From a virus (Duplodnaviria; Heunggongvirae; Uroviricota; Caudoviricetes): a stretch of DNA of 35,749 bases. Positions 1 to 8,607 of this stretch are shown in pieces. The position numbers and the translations under genes were made by a program. The notes beneath the pieces are model-generated. The model ran no database searches and had not been told where the DNA came from. It was given only the letters and a program-made list of their open reading frames with translations. The stretch is from the IMG/VR virus record IMGVR_UViG_2541047865_000003, one strand, 5' to 3'. Each line of letters starts with the position of its first letter. Position 1 is the stretch's first letter.

Positions 1-1602
1 ATGTATAGAACTCACCGACAACACAGCCTGTTAAGCTCTGGTGGAGTGCCATCGTTTATTGGTGGGCTGGTGGTGTTTGTGTCGGCAGCGTTCAATGCAC
101 AAGCTGAAACCTGGTTCGATCCTGCCTTTTTCAAAGATGATCCCTCAATGGTGGCCGATTTGTCTCGTTTCGAAAAAGGACAAAAAATAACGCCAGGGGT
201 TTATCGTGTCGATATTGTTCTGAATCAGACAATTGTAGATACGCGCAACGTCAATTTTGTTGAGTTAACGCCAGAGAAGGGGATTGCCGCCTGTTTGACG
301 ACTGAAAGCCTGGATGCAATGGGTGTGAATACTGATGCGTTTCCGGCTTTTAAACAACTGGACAAACAAGCGTGTGCGCTATTGGCGGAGATTATTCCGG
401 ATGCCAGCGTAACTTTTAATGTGAATAAACTCCGTCTGGAAATTTCAGTACCGCAAATTGCTATAAAAAGTAACGCTCGTGGTTATGTCCCCCCTGAACG
501 TTGGGATGAAGGGATCAACGCGCTATTACTGGGATATTCATTTAGCGGGGCTAACAGTATTCATAGCAGCGCAGACAGTGATTCTGGCGACAGTTATTTT
601 CTGAATTTAAACAGTGGCGTTAATTTAGGCCCATGGAGATTGCGCAACAATTCAACATGGAGTCGTAGTAGTGGCCAAACCGCAGAATGGAAGAATCTCA
701 GCAGCTATTTGCAACGGGCGGTTATTCCTCTGAAAGGCGAACTGACCGTAGGTGATGATTATACTGCAGGCGATTTTTTCGATAGTGTCAGCTTTCGTGG
801 TGTGCAGCTGGCGTCAGATGACAACATGCTGCCAGACAGCCTGAAAGGGTTTGCGCCTGTGGTGCGTGGTATCGCCAAAAGCAATGCCCAGATAACGATT
901 AAGCAAAATGGTTACACCATTTACCAAACTTATGTATCGCCTGGTGCTTTTGAAATTAGTGATCTCTATTCCACGTCGTCGAGCGGTGATTTGTTAGTTG
1001 AAATCAAAGAAGCGGACGGCAGCGTCAATAGCTACAGCGTACCGTTTTCCAGCGTGCCATTACTCCAGCGTCAGGGGCGAATCAAATACGCGGTGACACT
1101 GGCGAAATACAGAACCAATAGTAATGAACAGCAGGAGAGCAAATTTGCCCAGGCCACGTTGCAGTGGGGCGGACCGTGGGGAACGACATGGTATGGTGGT
1201 GGACAATATGCTGAATATTACCGTGCCGCCATGTTTGGTCTGGGATTTAACCTTGGCGATTTCGGAGCAATTTCGTTCGATGCGACCCAGGCGAAGAGTA
1301 CGCTGGCAGACCAAAGCGAACATAAAGGTCAGTCATATCGTTTTCTGTATGCCAAAACGCTCAACCAATTGGGCACTAATTTTCAATTGATGGGCTATCG
1401 CTATTCGACGTCGGGTTTCTACACCCTTTCCGACACCATGTATAAACATATGGATGGCTACGAATTTAATGACGGTGATGATGAAGATACGCCGATGTGG
1501 TCGCGTTATTACAATTTGTTTTACACCAAACGTGGCAAACTGCAGGTCAATATCTCCCAGCAATTAGGCGAGTACGGTTCGTTTTATTTAAGTGGTAGCT
1601 GA
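1..1602 (+). CDS. Fimbrial outer-membrane usher protein (FimD/PapC family), 5' fragment; reading frame ends at the prophage junction
   Basis: 533-aa ORF with a signal-peptide-like N-terminus (…AAFNAQA) and FimD-like motifs (ADLSRFEKGQ, PGVYRVDI, RGYVPPERWDEGINA, LASDDNMLPDSLKGFAPV, GQSYRFLY, YRYSTSGFY, FYLSGS). Ushers are ~850 aa; here the frame stops at TGA 1600-1602, where Mu-end-like sequence begins. True start may lie upstream of the window. Confidence 0.8.
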   Translation: MYRTHRQHSLLSSGGVPSFIGGLVVFVSAAFNAQAETWFDPAFFKDDPSMVADLSRFEKGQKITPGVYRVDIVLNQTIVDTRNVNFVELTPEKGIAACLTTESLDAMGVNTDAFPAFKQLDKQACALLAEIIPDASVTFNVNKLRLEISVPQIAIKSNARGYVPPERWDEGINALLLGYSFSGANSIHSSADSDSGDSYFLNLNSGVNLGPWRLRNNSTWSRSSGQTAEWKNLSSYLQRAVIPLKGELTVGDDYTAGDFFDSVSFRGVQLASDDNMLPDSLKGFAPVVRGIAKSNAQITIKQNGYTIYQTYVSPGAFEISDLYSTSSSGDLLVEIKEADGSVNSYSVPFSSVPLLQRQGRIKYAVTLAKYRTNSNEQQESKFAQATLQWGGPWGTTWYGGGQYAEYYRAAMFGLGFNLGDFGAISFDATQAKSTLADQSEHKGQSYRFLYAKTLNQLGTNFQLMGYRYSTSGFYTLSDTMYKHMDGYEFNDGDDEDTPMWSRYYNLFYTKRGKLQVNISQQLGEYGSFYLSGS

Positions 1603-1677
1603 TGCGCCGCGCGATAAATGCGCCCATTTCCGTGAGATAAATGGCACCGCTGCGGCGTTTCAATATTTGAAAAAGAA
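1603..1677. repeat. Prophage terminal region with two direct repeats of a GATAAATG-containing motif (candidate transposase-binding sites)
   Basis: Begins 5'-TGATGCGCCGCGCGATAAATGCG, resembling the Mu right-end R1 consensus (TGAAGCGGCGCACGAAAAACGCG, recalled from memory). GATAAATG occurs at ~1613-1620 and ~1636-1643, about 23 bp apart; Mu end sites are ~22 bp units. Confidence 0.45.
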
Positions 1678-2259
1678 TTACAATCCTACCGCGTCATCCT
1701 TCCTCTGACTATCTACCGGAAAATACCGGTAGAGCGTCGATAACCCCACCCCGTAGATAATGGCCAGTTGCTGGCGGGTATGCCCCTTAGCCAATAGCCG
1801 CCCAATCTGTTCTCGCTCATGAGGCTTTAATGCGTTGGGCCTTCCACCTATGCGTCCCTGTGCTCTGGCTGCTGCTAACCCGGCCAATGTTCGTTCGACG
1901 ATCAACTCACGTTCCATTTCCGCCAGTGCCGACATCACATGGAAAAAGAAACGCCCCATGGCAGTGCTGGTATCAATACTGTCTGTTAAAGAGCGGAAGT
2001 GGGCACCGCGTTCATGTAACTCTGATATCAGTGCGATCAGGTTCTTAACGCTGCGCCCCAGCCTGTCCAGTTTCCACACGACCAGGGTGTCTCCGCTATT
2101 AACGCACTTTAAAGCGCGTTTCAGACCGGGGCGGCTGGCAACTTTTCCGCTCATACGGTCTTCAAAAATGCGGTCACAGTTTGCGCTTATGAGTGCATTA
2201 CGCTGTAAATCGCTGTTCTGGTCGATTGTTGATACGCGGATATAACCAATGACGGCCAT
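1678..2259 (-). CDS. gin: Serine-recombinase DNA invertase (Gin/Hin/Cin/Pin family)
   Basis: 193-aa product from MAVIGYIRVSTIDQNSDLQRNAL…, closely matching the Gin/Hin N-terminus (catalytic Ser in VST, C-terminal HTH …STLYRYF). ATG at 2257-2259 preceded by a GGAGGAG RBS. The track ORF 1678..2421 is an upstream in-frame extension. Confidence 0.85.
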   Translation of the reverse strand: MAVIGYIRVSTIDQNSDLQRNALISANCDRIFEDRMSGKVASRPGLKRALKCVNSGDTLVVWKLDRLGRSVKNLIALISELHERGAHFRSLTDSIDTSTAMGRFFFHVMSALAEMERELIVERTLAGLAAARAQGRIGGRPNALKPHEREQIGRLLAKGHTRQQLAIIYGVGLSTLYRYFPVDSQRKDDAVGL

Positions 2260-2321
2260 CAATTCTCCTCCTCTATGTCGCGGTGGGAGGATTTTTACAG
2301 ATTTCGCTATGTGTAACCGCT

Positions 2322-2347
2322 TTTCCAAAAACCTTGGTTTGGGAGAA
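2322..2347. repeat. gix/hix-like recombination crossover site (copy next to gin)
   Basis: 26-bp site TTTCCAAAAACC-TT-GGTTTGGGAGAA, resembling the Hin hix consensus TTCTTGAAAACC-AA-GGTTTTTGATAA. Inverted relative to the 4154-4179 copy, sharing a ~21-bp identical core. Confidence 0.75.
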
Positions 2348-2800
2348 GGTTCGGCATTACCCGTTGGTGTGCCTGTCCCGTGGCCTTCCGCCACTCCGCC
2401 AACAGGCTGGCTAAAATGCAATGGTGCGGCTTTTTCTGCTGAAGAATACCCGGAACTGGCAAAGGTTTATCCGACAAATAAATTGCCTGATTTACGCGGT
2501 GAATTTATTCGTGGCTGGGATGACGGACGTGGAGTGGATGCCGGGCGACAATTATTATCTTCACAGGGGGATGCAATAAGAAATATTGAGGGATTCGCAG
2601 ATGGCGGGATCGGTATGTCTTTTGATGCAATCAGAGGGGCTTTTTACGATGCAGGAACACGATCAGCGAGAATGCCGAATAACACAACTACTATAGACAA
2701 AACCGATGACCTTGGATTCGACGCCTCTCGTGTCGTGCCAACAGCTAATGAAAACCGTCCACGTAACATCGCCTTTAATTATATTGTGAGGGCTGCATAA
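2348..2800 (+). CDS. Alternative tail-fibre C-terminal variable segment (Sv'), no own start; would fuse to the constant S N-terminus after inversion
   Basis: Frame open through the crossover site, encoding the same NLGLGE junction as the S gene, then a receptor-binding-like region (PVGVPVPWPSATPPTGWLKCNGAAFSAEEYPELAKVYP). Stop at 2798-2800 overlaps the start of the downstream assembly gene. Confidence 0.65.
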   Translation, partial: GSALPVGVPVPWPSATPPTGWLKCNGAAFSAEEYPELAKVYPTNKLPDLRGEFIRGWDDGRGVDAGRQLLSSQGDAIRNIEGFADGGIGMSFDAIRGAFYDAGTRSARMPNNTTTIDKTDDLGFDASRVVPTANENRPRNIAFNYIVRAA

Positions 2801-3393
2801 TGAAACCTGTTTTTGATGAAAATGGGCTGGCTACAGTGCCGGGTGATATGCGTTGTTTTTATTATGATGCAGTAACGTCTGAATATACGGGCTGGTCTGA
2901 TGAATATATTAATACTGGCGTAAGTATGCCCGCCTGTTCCACTGGTATTGACCCGGGCGAATACATTCCGGGGAAAGTGGCAGTATTTACGGGTAAGGGA
3001 TGGAGCCATGAAGAAGACCACCGCAATGAGACTGTTTACTCAATCGAAAATGGCGCAGCTGTTACAGTGGATTATATCGGTGCCATCAAAGACGGTTATG
3101 TCACGCTTTCACCGTTAACGCCATACGATAAATGGGATGGTGAGAAATGGGTGACAGATACTGAGGCACAGCATAGTGCCGCACTAGACGCGGCAGAAGC
3201 ACAGCGCCAGTCGCTGATTGATGCTGCAATGGCTTCCATCAGTCTGATTCAACTGAAATTACAGGCCGGGCGGAAGCTGACGCAGGCAGAAACAACCCGA
3301 CTTAACGCCGTGCTGGATTATATTGACGCGGTGACGGTAACAGATACCAGCACTGCGCCGGATGTCATCTGGCCTGAACTGCCGGAGGCGTAG
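2800..3393 (+). CDS. Tail-fibre assembly protein (U'-like, alternative orientation)
   Basis: 197 aa with the conserved C-terminal assembly-chaperone motif (…DTSTAPDVIWPELPEA). TAATG overlap with Sv'. Confidence 0.75.
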   Translation: MKPVFDENGLATVPGDMRCFYYDAVTSEYTGWSDEYINTGVSMPACSTGIDPGEYIPGKVAVFTGKGWSHEEDHRNETVYSIENGAAVTVDYIGAIKDGYVTLSPLTPYDKWDGEKWVTDTEAQHSAALDAAEAQRQSLIDAAMASISLIQLKLQAGRKLTQAETTRLNAVLDYIDAVTVTDTSTAPDVIWPELPEA

Positions 3394-3805
3394 GCCATTC
3401 AATATCTGGCGCACCGGAAGTATCGACCAGTTCCAGTGTGTCCAGATAATCCAGCCACAAATTATATTGCGCCAGTTCCTCACCTTTCAGGCGACCAATC
3501 GCCGCTTTACCAGGCCATTGCTTACTGTTTATGTATTCGTTGACCTGATTAATCAATTGCTGCTTTTCCAGTTCGGCTGCGGCAATTTGTTCCTCATGAG
3601 TTGGCGGTGGAATATCAATCCATGCAGGCATTCCGTCGATGACACCTCTGTATTTTCCTTCTGGTGCTTCCTTCATAAATTCGGCGGCAACAGTGTCGTC
3701 AATTTCGATTCCATCATCGGGCCATTCGCCGGATTCCTGATAAGCGATTTTAAGCTCCACAGGGAAAAACGCATTTTTATCGGCACTGAAAATATATTTC
3801 TGCAT
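3365..3805 (-). CDS. Tail-fibre assembly protein (U-like, currently expressed orientation)
   Basis: 146 aa, C-terminus …DTSGAPDIEWPTPP. Immediately follows the S gene; 3' end converges on and overlaps the U' 3' end. Confidence 0.75.
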   Translation of the reverse strand: MQKYIFSADKNAFFPVELKIAYQESGEWPDDGIEIDDTVAAEFMKEAPEGKYRGVIDGMPAWIDIPPPTHEEQIAAAELEKQQLINQVNEYINSKQWPGKAAIGRLKGEELAQYNLWLDYLDTLELVDTSGAPDIEWPTPPAVQAR

Positions 3806-3807
3806 TT

Positions 3808-4653
3808 CTACCGTCCTATCGAAATATAACTGAATCTGTATTGCTGTGAGATATCACTGGTTGCCACACGCCACGCTGAATTACTGATATGTTCAAAATT
3901 TACAGACAAAACCTGCGGGGCAGGATTCGACGGGTCTGACTGAACGGCATCAGACATAACACTGACTGAAACCATCGGCTGATTAGGGAATGGTATAGGG
4001 AAGTGTCCACTGATAAAGCGGGTCGTGTTTCCTGAAAAAGTGCCAAACTGAACAATATATCCACCTGGTAGCCTGAACCATCCCGAACCAGAAGCGAATG
4101 CTCCCATATCCGGTATCTGATTATCTCCTGTGCCCACATCCCTTTTCGCCGCTTCTCCCAAACCAAGGTTTTGAAGAAAGGCTGCCTTATCGGGAATATC
4201 CGCACCGTTCTGGTCTTTGGCCAGTTTCTCCGCCAGCTTGTTCAGCACTGTGGTCGCAAAGTTCGGATCGTTGCCAAGGGCATCAGCCAGCTCTTTCAGC
4301 GTATCCAGTGTTTCTGGGGCTGTACCTGCAAGCGCAGCAATCGCCCTCGCCACAAATTCTGTCGTCACCAGCTTTTTGCTGTTGTCATTAGCTGCAGGCG
4401 TGGGGGCTGTTGGCGTACCCGTGAATGTTGGGCTGGCCTTCGTCGCATACTGGGTATGCGGGTCGGCCGCTGCGATGTGTTTCGCGAGATCTGAACCGCC
4501 TTTTTCAACCTGCTGTTTCAGGTATGAAGTACGGCTGGCCAGCTGTTTAGCCTGACGGTTAGAAATTCCATCAGGCCCACCCAGTACGGGGTCGGAGACC
4601 TCAATCTGGTAGATGCCGTCTTCCCACTGCGGGGTTTCGGGTAGATTTGCCAT
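3808..4653 (-). CDS. Tail-fibre protein (constant N-terminal part 4180..4653 plus variable part inside the invertible segment)
   Basis: 281 aa with a typical tail-fibre N-terminus (MANLPETPQWEDGIYQIE…) and the hix-encoded NLGLGE junction. Crossover site lies inside the coding sequence at 4154-4179. Confidence 0.85.
   Translation of the reverse strand: MANLPETPQWEDGIYQIEVSDPVLGGPDGISNRQAKQLASRTSYLKQQVEKGGSDLAKHIAAADPHTQYATKASPTFTGTPTAPTPAANDNSKKLVTTEFVARAIAALAGTAPETLDTLKELADALGNDPNFATTVLNKLAEKLAKDQNGADIPDKAAFLQNLGLGEAAKRDVGTGDNQIPDMGAFASGSGWFRLPGGYIVQFGTFSGNTTRFISGHFPIPFPNQPMVSVSVMSDAVQSDPSNPAPQVLSVNFEHISNSAWRVATSDISQQYRFSYISIGR
4154..4179. repeat. gix/hix-like recombination crossover site (copy inside the tail-fibre gene)
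   Basis: TTCTCCCAAACC-AA-GGTTTTGAAGAA. Inverted partner of 2322-2347. Confidence 0.75.
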
Positions 4654-4655
4654 AA

Positions 4656-5240
4656 TTAACTGCTCCCGTGGTTATAGCTGCCGTCATAGTTGACGGTGTT
4701 GTTGTAGCGAATGGCGACAGACTGATACTCCAGGCTCGCCAGATGGCAGCGGGCCGGAGCAAAGGCAGCGAGCGTCTGGCGTAACAGAGCCGCCTGATCG
4801 TTAGTGATGGGCTGTTGAAGGATGACGCGATAGACCGCCCAGGCTTCCGCATCGCCGTGGACAAAAAGCCCGTTATAAGTGTGTTTGCCGTCGTATCCGA
4901 TCTGGCCAGTGCCTTCAATCAGATCCACTTCGCCGAAGCCGAAACGGCGGATAATTTCCCGGATTGACCACGGCGTCCCTTTGTAGCGGTGCAACTCGAT
5001 AGCGGATTTGATAAGCGTGCGACGTACATCGTCTGACTCCGCCAGTTCCCAGCCGTCACCGAACAGCGAGAACTGTTCGCCCAGCCATGGCAGCGCAGAG
5101 CTGTCGACAATATCGACGAGGTAGACCATCAACACGCTCAGGTCGATGCTGTCCAGTCTTCCGGCCAGATTGCCCAGTGCCCTGAAGCTGATATCACCCT
5201 CAAGTGCTGGCGGGAGTTTTAGCGTCTCAGCCATCGACAA
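4656..5240 (-). CDS. Tail protein (P2 gpI-like / Mu gp48-like)
   Basis: 194 aa directly between the baseplate J-like gene and the tail-fibre gene. Call rests on position and size; start uncertain (overlaps upstream gene). Confidence 0.6.
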   Translation of the reverse strand: MSMAETLKLPPALEGDISFRALGNLAGRLDSIDLSVLMVYLVDIVDSSALPWLGEQFSLFGDGWELAESDDVRRTLIKSAIELHRYKGTPWSIREIIRRFGFGEVDLIEGTGQIGYDGKHTYNGLFVHGDAEAWAVYRVILQQPITNDQAALLRQTLAAFAPARCHLASLEYQSVAIRYNNTVNYDGSYNHGSS

Positions 5241-6330
5241 CTCCCGTGATAGTTACGTTGATGGCGGTACAGTTAGCCCACTCATTCTCTGCAAGAACAA
5301 CAAGTTCAAGGCCGGGTAGTTCAACCTGGTAAACACCGCTGACAGTCAACACGGCGTTAATTTGTCCGGGGACGATATCCACACCCAGCTTGGTTCTTCG
5401 GGCTGCAACCCAGTTCTGGATGGCGTTGTTTGCCTCGTCTTTTACCGAGTTTGCATCCTGATTGCGGTAGATGGTGATCTGGGCATCTATGGTGTAATCC
5501 ACCTGCACGGGCGTTTTAGCCCGGACGGTATCAGTGAGCGGCCTGACTTTTTCGCCTGAGCAGAAGCTCTCTACCAGCGTGAGGATGCTGTCGTCCGGCA
5601 GGCCGGTACTGAGCAGTGGATACAGCTCTACGGTGCCCGGAACCGGGGAGAGCACGGCGACGTCAACGATGTTGGGATGGGCCTGCATGGCATGAAAGCG
5701 GTATGCCATACGGCTTCCGGCATTTGTGAAAGACTCCGGGGCCAGTTTGATACGTTCCCGAAGTCTGTCATTGTCTTCCTGCTCTGAACCGCCAGAGCTG
5801 GCTGCCAGATTGGTTACCTGCAGGTCGACGTTATCAATCTCATCGAGCAACTGACTGACCTGCGCAGGTTGCCAGTCGTTGCCAGCGGCTCCTGGTTCGG
5901 TACAGGTGGCCGTGGCATTGACCAGCAGCAATCCGGCTTTCAGTACCACGTCCGTATCGGTGGCAAAAATAATGCTGTCGGAAGCGCTGACACGGGTACC
6001 TGCCGGGATCAGCACATCAATGGCCAGTTCCTCATCCACGGAGAACTGGAGCGTGGTGGTAGCAGGCTGCGCGGCAAGGCGGTACACACCAACCAGTTCA
6101 CCGAGGTAGTCAATCATCGGCTCACGGGCAAAGGCGACCAGATTCTGTTTGGCCGCTTCCTGCGCCGCCACCCTGACCAGCATTTCACGGTATGCCCACA
6201 GGTCAATCAGCAGGCGCTCAGCCTGAGCGGGGTACAGCGTTTTGCCGGTTGCAGCTTCGTACTGTGCAATCATTTCTGCCGTGATTTTGTCGGCATCACG
6301 TTCAATAAAGTCGGGTTCTGTCAGCGCCAT
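5227..6330 (-). CDS. Baseplate J-like protein (Mu gp47 / P2 gpJ family)
   Basis: 367 aa, positioned between the gpW-like and gpI-like genes. Overlapping stop/start couples it to neighbours. Confidence 0.75.
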   Translation of the reverse strand: MALTEPDFIERDADKITAEMIAQYEAATGKTLYPAQAERLLIDLWAYREMLVRVAAQEAAKQNLVAFAREPMIDYLGELVGVYRLAAQPATTTLQFSVDEELAIDVLIPAGTRVSASDSIIFATDTDVVLKAGLLLVNATATCTEPGAAGNDWQPAQVSQLLDEIDNVDLQVTNLAASSGGSEQEDNDRLRERIKLAPESFTNAGSRMAYRFHAMQAHPNIVDVAVLSPVPGTVELYPLLSTGLPDDSILTLVESFCSGEKVRPLTDTVRAKTPVQVDYTIDAQITIYRNQDANSVKDEANNAIQNWVAARRTKLGVDIVPGQINAVLTVSGVYQVELPGLELVVLAENEWANCTAINVTITGVVDG

Positions 6331-6668
6331 AGCAGCTCCTGAGTCCGGGTCTGTCCTTCAGAGCCTTTCCAGCTCACCCGGAGCGTAAGATGTTCGCCGT
6401 CGACGGCGGGTTTAACCGACATCAGCTGGCAGCGAGGCTCCCAGCGGCGGATGGCATCGACGGATTCGCGCACCACATGCGGGATAGCCCGGTCGATGGG
6501 CCAGTCGATATAAAGATGCAGATTGCTGCCGAACTCCGGGCGATGCGGGTCGCTGCCGCGAGGAGTTCGCAGGATGATTTGAATGGCCTGCCAGATATCA
6601 TCCAGCCCCCGGACGATTTCGCCGGGGGCCTGCAGTGCCGGTTGCCAGAATACTGAGGTTGTTTTCAT
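6321..6668 (-). CDS. Baseplate wedge protein (GPW/gp25-like)
   Basis: 115 aa, size and position typical of gpW/gp25 between spike and J genes. Confidence 0.7.
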   Translation of the reverse strand: MKTTSVFWQPALQAPGEIVRGLDDIWQAIQIILRTPRGSDPHRPEFGSNLHLYIDWPIDRAIPHVVRESVDAIRRWEPRCQLMSVKPAVDGEHLTLRVSWKGSEGQTRTQELLWR

Positions 6669-6722
6669 GGGGGCAGTATTGCCCCTGTGCGGGAACGCCG
6701 ATATTAAAGGCGTTTAAGAAGG

Positions 6723-7235
6723 TCAGTGGGAATGGTGATTGGAGTTCTGGCCGTCAGACAGCATGCTGCCTGTGGAGTGGGCATTGCCGTTGATTTCAAG
6801 GTTACCGTTCACCGTGGTGGTATCAGCGGTCAAATCAATGGTTTTCCCCTTCAGGCTGATACCTACCGCAACCTCGATCACCACATGCTCGATACCTCCT
6901 TTGACCGTCAGCGTATGGGTCGCGCGGTTATAGCTGAACTCTGCGCCATCCGCGTATTTCGTGCCCCGGACGTTTTTGTCGCTGAACGGCGGTTTATCGA
7001 CTTCTGAGTACACCGCGCCCAGAATGACACCATCCTCGCCGTTGGCATCGAGCAGCACCTCAACCTGCTCCCCCACGTCAGGGAGCCAGTAATCCTTGTT
7101 ATCCTGGGTATTGCGCTGTAGCACGTTAAGCCAGTTAGTGCGCAGGTTATCGCACTCAGGCAAACGAACGCGGGCCTGAACCTTGTCGGCATCGACGGCG
7201 CTGACCGTACCGACCTGACGGGTGACGCCTGCCAT
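6723..7235 (-). CDS. Baseplate spike / assembly protein V-like
   Basis: 170 aa after the gpD-like gene. His-rich C-terminal tip (NSNHHSH) as seen in metal-binding spike apexes. Confidence 0.65.
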   Translation of the reverse strand: MAGVTRQVGTVSAVDADKVQARVRLPECDNLRTNWLNVLQRNTQDNKDYWLPDVGEQVEVLLDANGEDGVILGAVYSEVDKPPFSDKNVRGTKYADGAEFSYNRATHTLTVKGGIEHVVIEVAVGISLKGKTIDLTADTTTVNGNLEINGNAHSTGSMLSDGQNSNHHSH

Positions 7236-8404
7236 TATTTCTTCTCCTTTATTACCGTGGACGTGCTGCCGTCCGGTTTATAGACGGTCAGCGTCTGGGT
7301 TTTTCCTGTCTTTTTACCTTTCTTCGCCTTGCCCTGCGTGACCGGCCCTCGTGCCACTTCCAGTTCTGTGATGTAGCCGTTGTTACGGTCAAACTCATGG
7401 CGGGCAGTAGTTATCAGCCATGGCCCGGATAACTGACCAAAGCCCACCAGTTCAATTTTGTTGCCTGCTGTCAGTTGAGGTGTCCCCATCAGCGTCAGGG
7501 AGCCGTTCTGCTGGTATTCGTTATGTCTGGCCAGCGCCGAATCTGCTTTAATCCGTGCGGTGTCCGGGTCGCTGACGCGGCTGTTGACCTTAAGTGAGTC
7601 GGCACTGGTGACCTTACCGCCTTTGGTTTGTTTGTCGCTTTCGCTGGTACCGCCATCAGCTTCATAAACGATCAACTTTTTATCACTGCTCTTCTGGTGT
7701 TTTACCTTCGCGGATTTGTAGACGCGGTTGATGGTGTCACGCAGGGAAAAACGGGCCACATCCTGCGGCTTAAGCTGCTTAACTGGCTCCTGACCGCGCA
7801 GCGTGGCCAGATGAGAAAAAACCAGCTGGTCGCTGACCACTTTTACGGCATAACCATACTCGCTGGCCAGTCGACGCAGGAAACCCACGTCCGTTTCAGC
7901 ATACTGGGTCACCCGGTCAATTTTGATGGACTCAATACTGCCAACCAGCTTCAGTTGATGCTTTTTGGCAATCCGTCCGGCGATGGCCGCCAGCGTGGTG
8001 CTCTCGAAACCACGACTGGATTTTGTCCGCAGGGCGTTGTTGACCGACGTGGCCACGCCCCGGATAGCGACAACGGACGCGGGCGAACTCACCTCGATCT
8101 CGTCTATAGAGAACGTACCGCAGGACAGCAGCTTCTCGCCCTGATAACCCATTTTCAGCGTCAGCGTGTCACCCTTGCCCGGATACCACTTATCCAGCCA
8201 GCGGCCATCGGTGTCGTCCAGTTCCACCTCAATGGTATCGGACTCGCTTTTGATGTTATCGCTGTAGGTTACGCGGGTGACATAGGGGGCGATATCGGTG
8301 GTGATGTTCTTCTGCAGATACCATAGCGTGAACACCGGACTCAGAACATCGCTGACGCCGGTTAACGCTGATGCGGCTTGTGCAGGGCTGTTTATCTCAG
8401 CCAT
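7235..8404 (-). CDS. Tail protein D-like (P2 gpD / Mu P-like baseplate hub)
   Basis: 389 aa; position after the X-like and U-like genes. 1-nt stop/start overlap with the V gene. Confidence 0.7.
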   Translation of the reverse strand: MAEINSPAQAASALTGVSDVLSPVFTLWYLQKNITTDIAPYVTRVTYSDNIKSESDTIEVELDDTDGRWLDKWYPGKGDTLTLKMGYQGEKLLSCGTFSIDEIEVSSPASVVAIRGVATSVNNALRTKSSRGFESTTLAAIAGRIAKKHQLKLVGSIESIKIDRVTQYAETDVGFLRRLASEYGYAVKVVSDQLVFSHLATLRGQEPVKQLKPQDVARFSLRDTINRVYKSAKVKHQKSSDKKLIVYEADGGTSESDKQTKGGKVTSADSLKVNSRVSDPDTARIKADSALARHNEYQQNGSLTLMGTPQLTAGNKIELVGFGQLSGPWLITTARHEFDRNNGYITELEVARGPVTQGKAKKGKKTGKTQTLTVYKPDGSTSTVIKEKK

Positions 8405-8607
8405 GGGGCAATATCCTCTTCTGTACTGGCTTCTTCAGCCTCGATAACCGGAATCAGTAACAACAGCCCGGAGGGCAGCACCGGCGTGATGGCCACGTGT
8501 GGATTGGCGGCAATTATCCGGGGATAGCCCAGCGGGTCGCCGTAGTACTGCCATGCGAGAGAGTCCCAGCGCTCTCCGTCACGGGTGACATGTTCAAGAA
8601 ACATCAC
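8392..8607 (-). CDS. Tail protein X-like (small LysM-like tail protein)
   Basis: 71 aa with the gpX-like motif (GERWDSLAWQYYGDP). Confidence 0.6.
   Translation of the reverse strand: MMFLEHVTRDGERWDSLAWQYYGDPLGYPRIIAANPHVAITPVLPSGLLLLIPVIEAEEASTEEDIAPWLR

Larger units (their letters stand above)
2348..4153. other. Invertible G-like tail-fibre host-range segment (~1.8 kb)
   Basis: Bounded by inverted gix-like sites. Contains two convergent sets of tail-fibre variable region plus tail-fibre assembly gene (Sv/U on minus strand, Sv'/U' on plus strand). gin lies immediately adjacent. Confidence 0.75.

Noticed and set aside
1603-2259. Expected com/mom modification genes between gin and the prophage end
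   Set aside because: Only ~75 bp separate the gin stop from the end; no ORF fits.
2260-2421. N-terminal extension of the gin ORF (track ORF 1678..2421)
   Set aside because: Gin-family invertases are ~190 aa and start at MxxIGY; the internal ATG at 2257-2259 has a good RBS, and the upstream extension runs through the gix site region.
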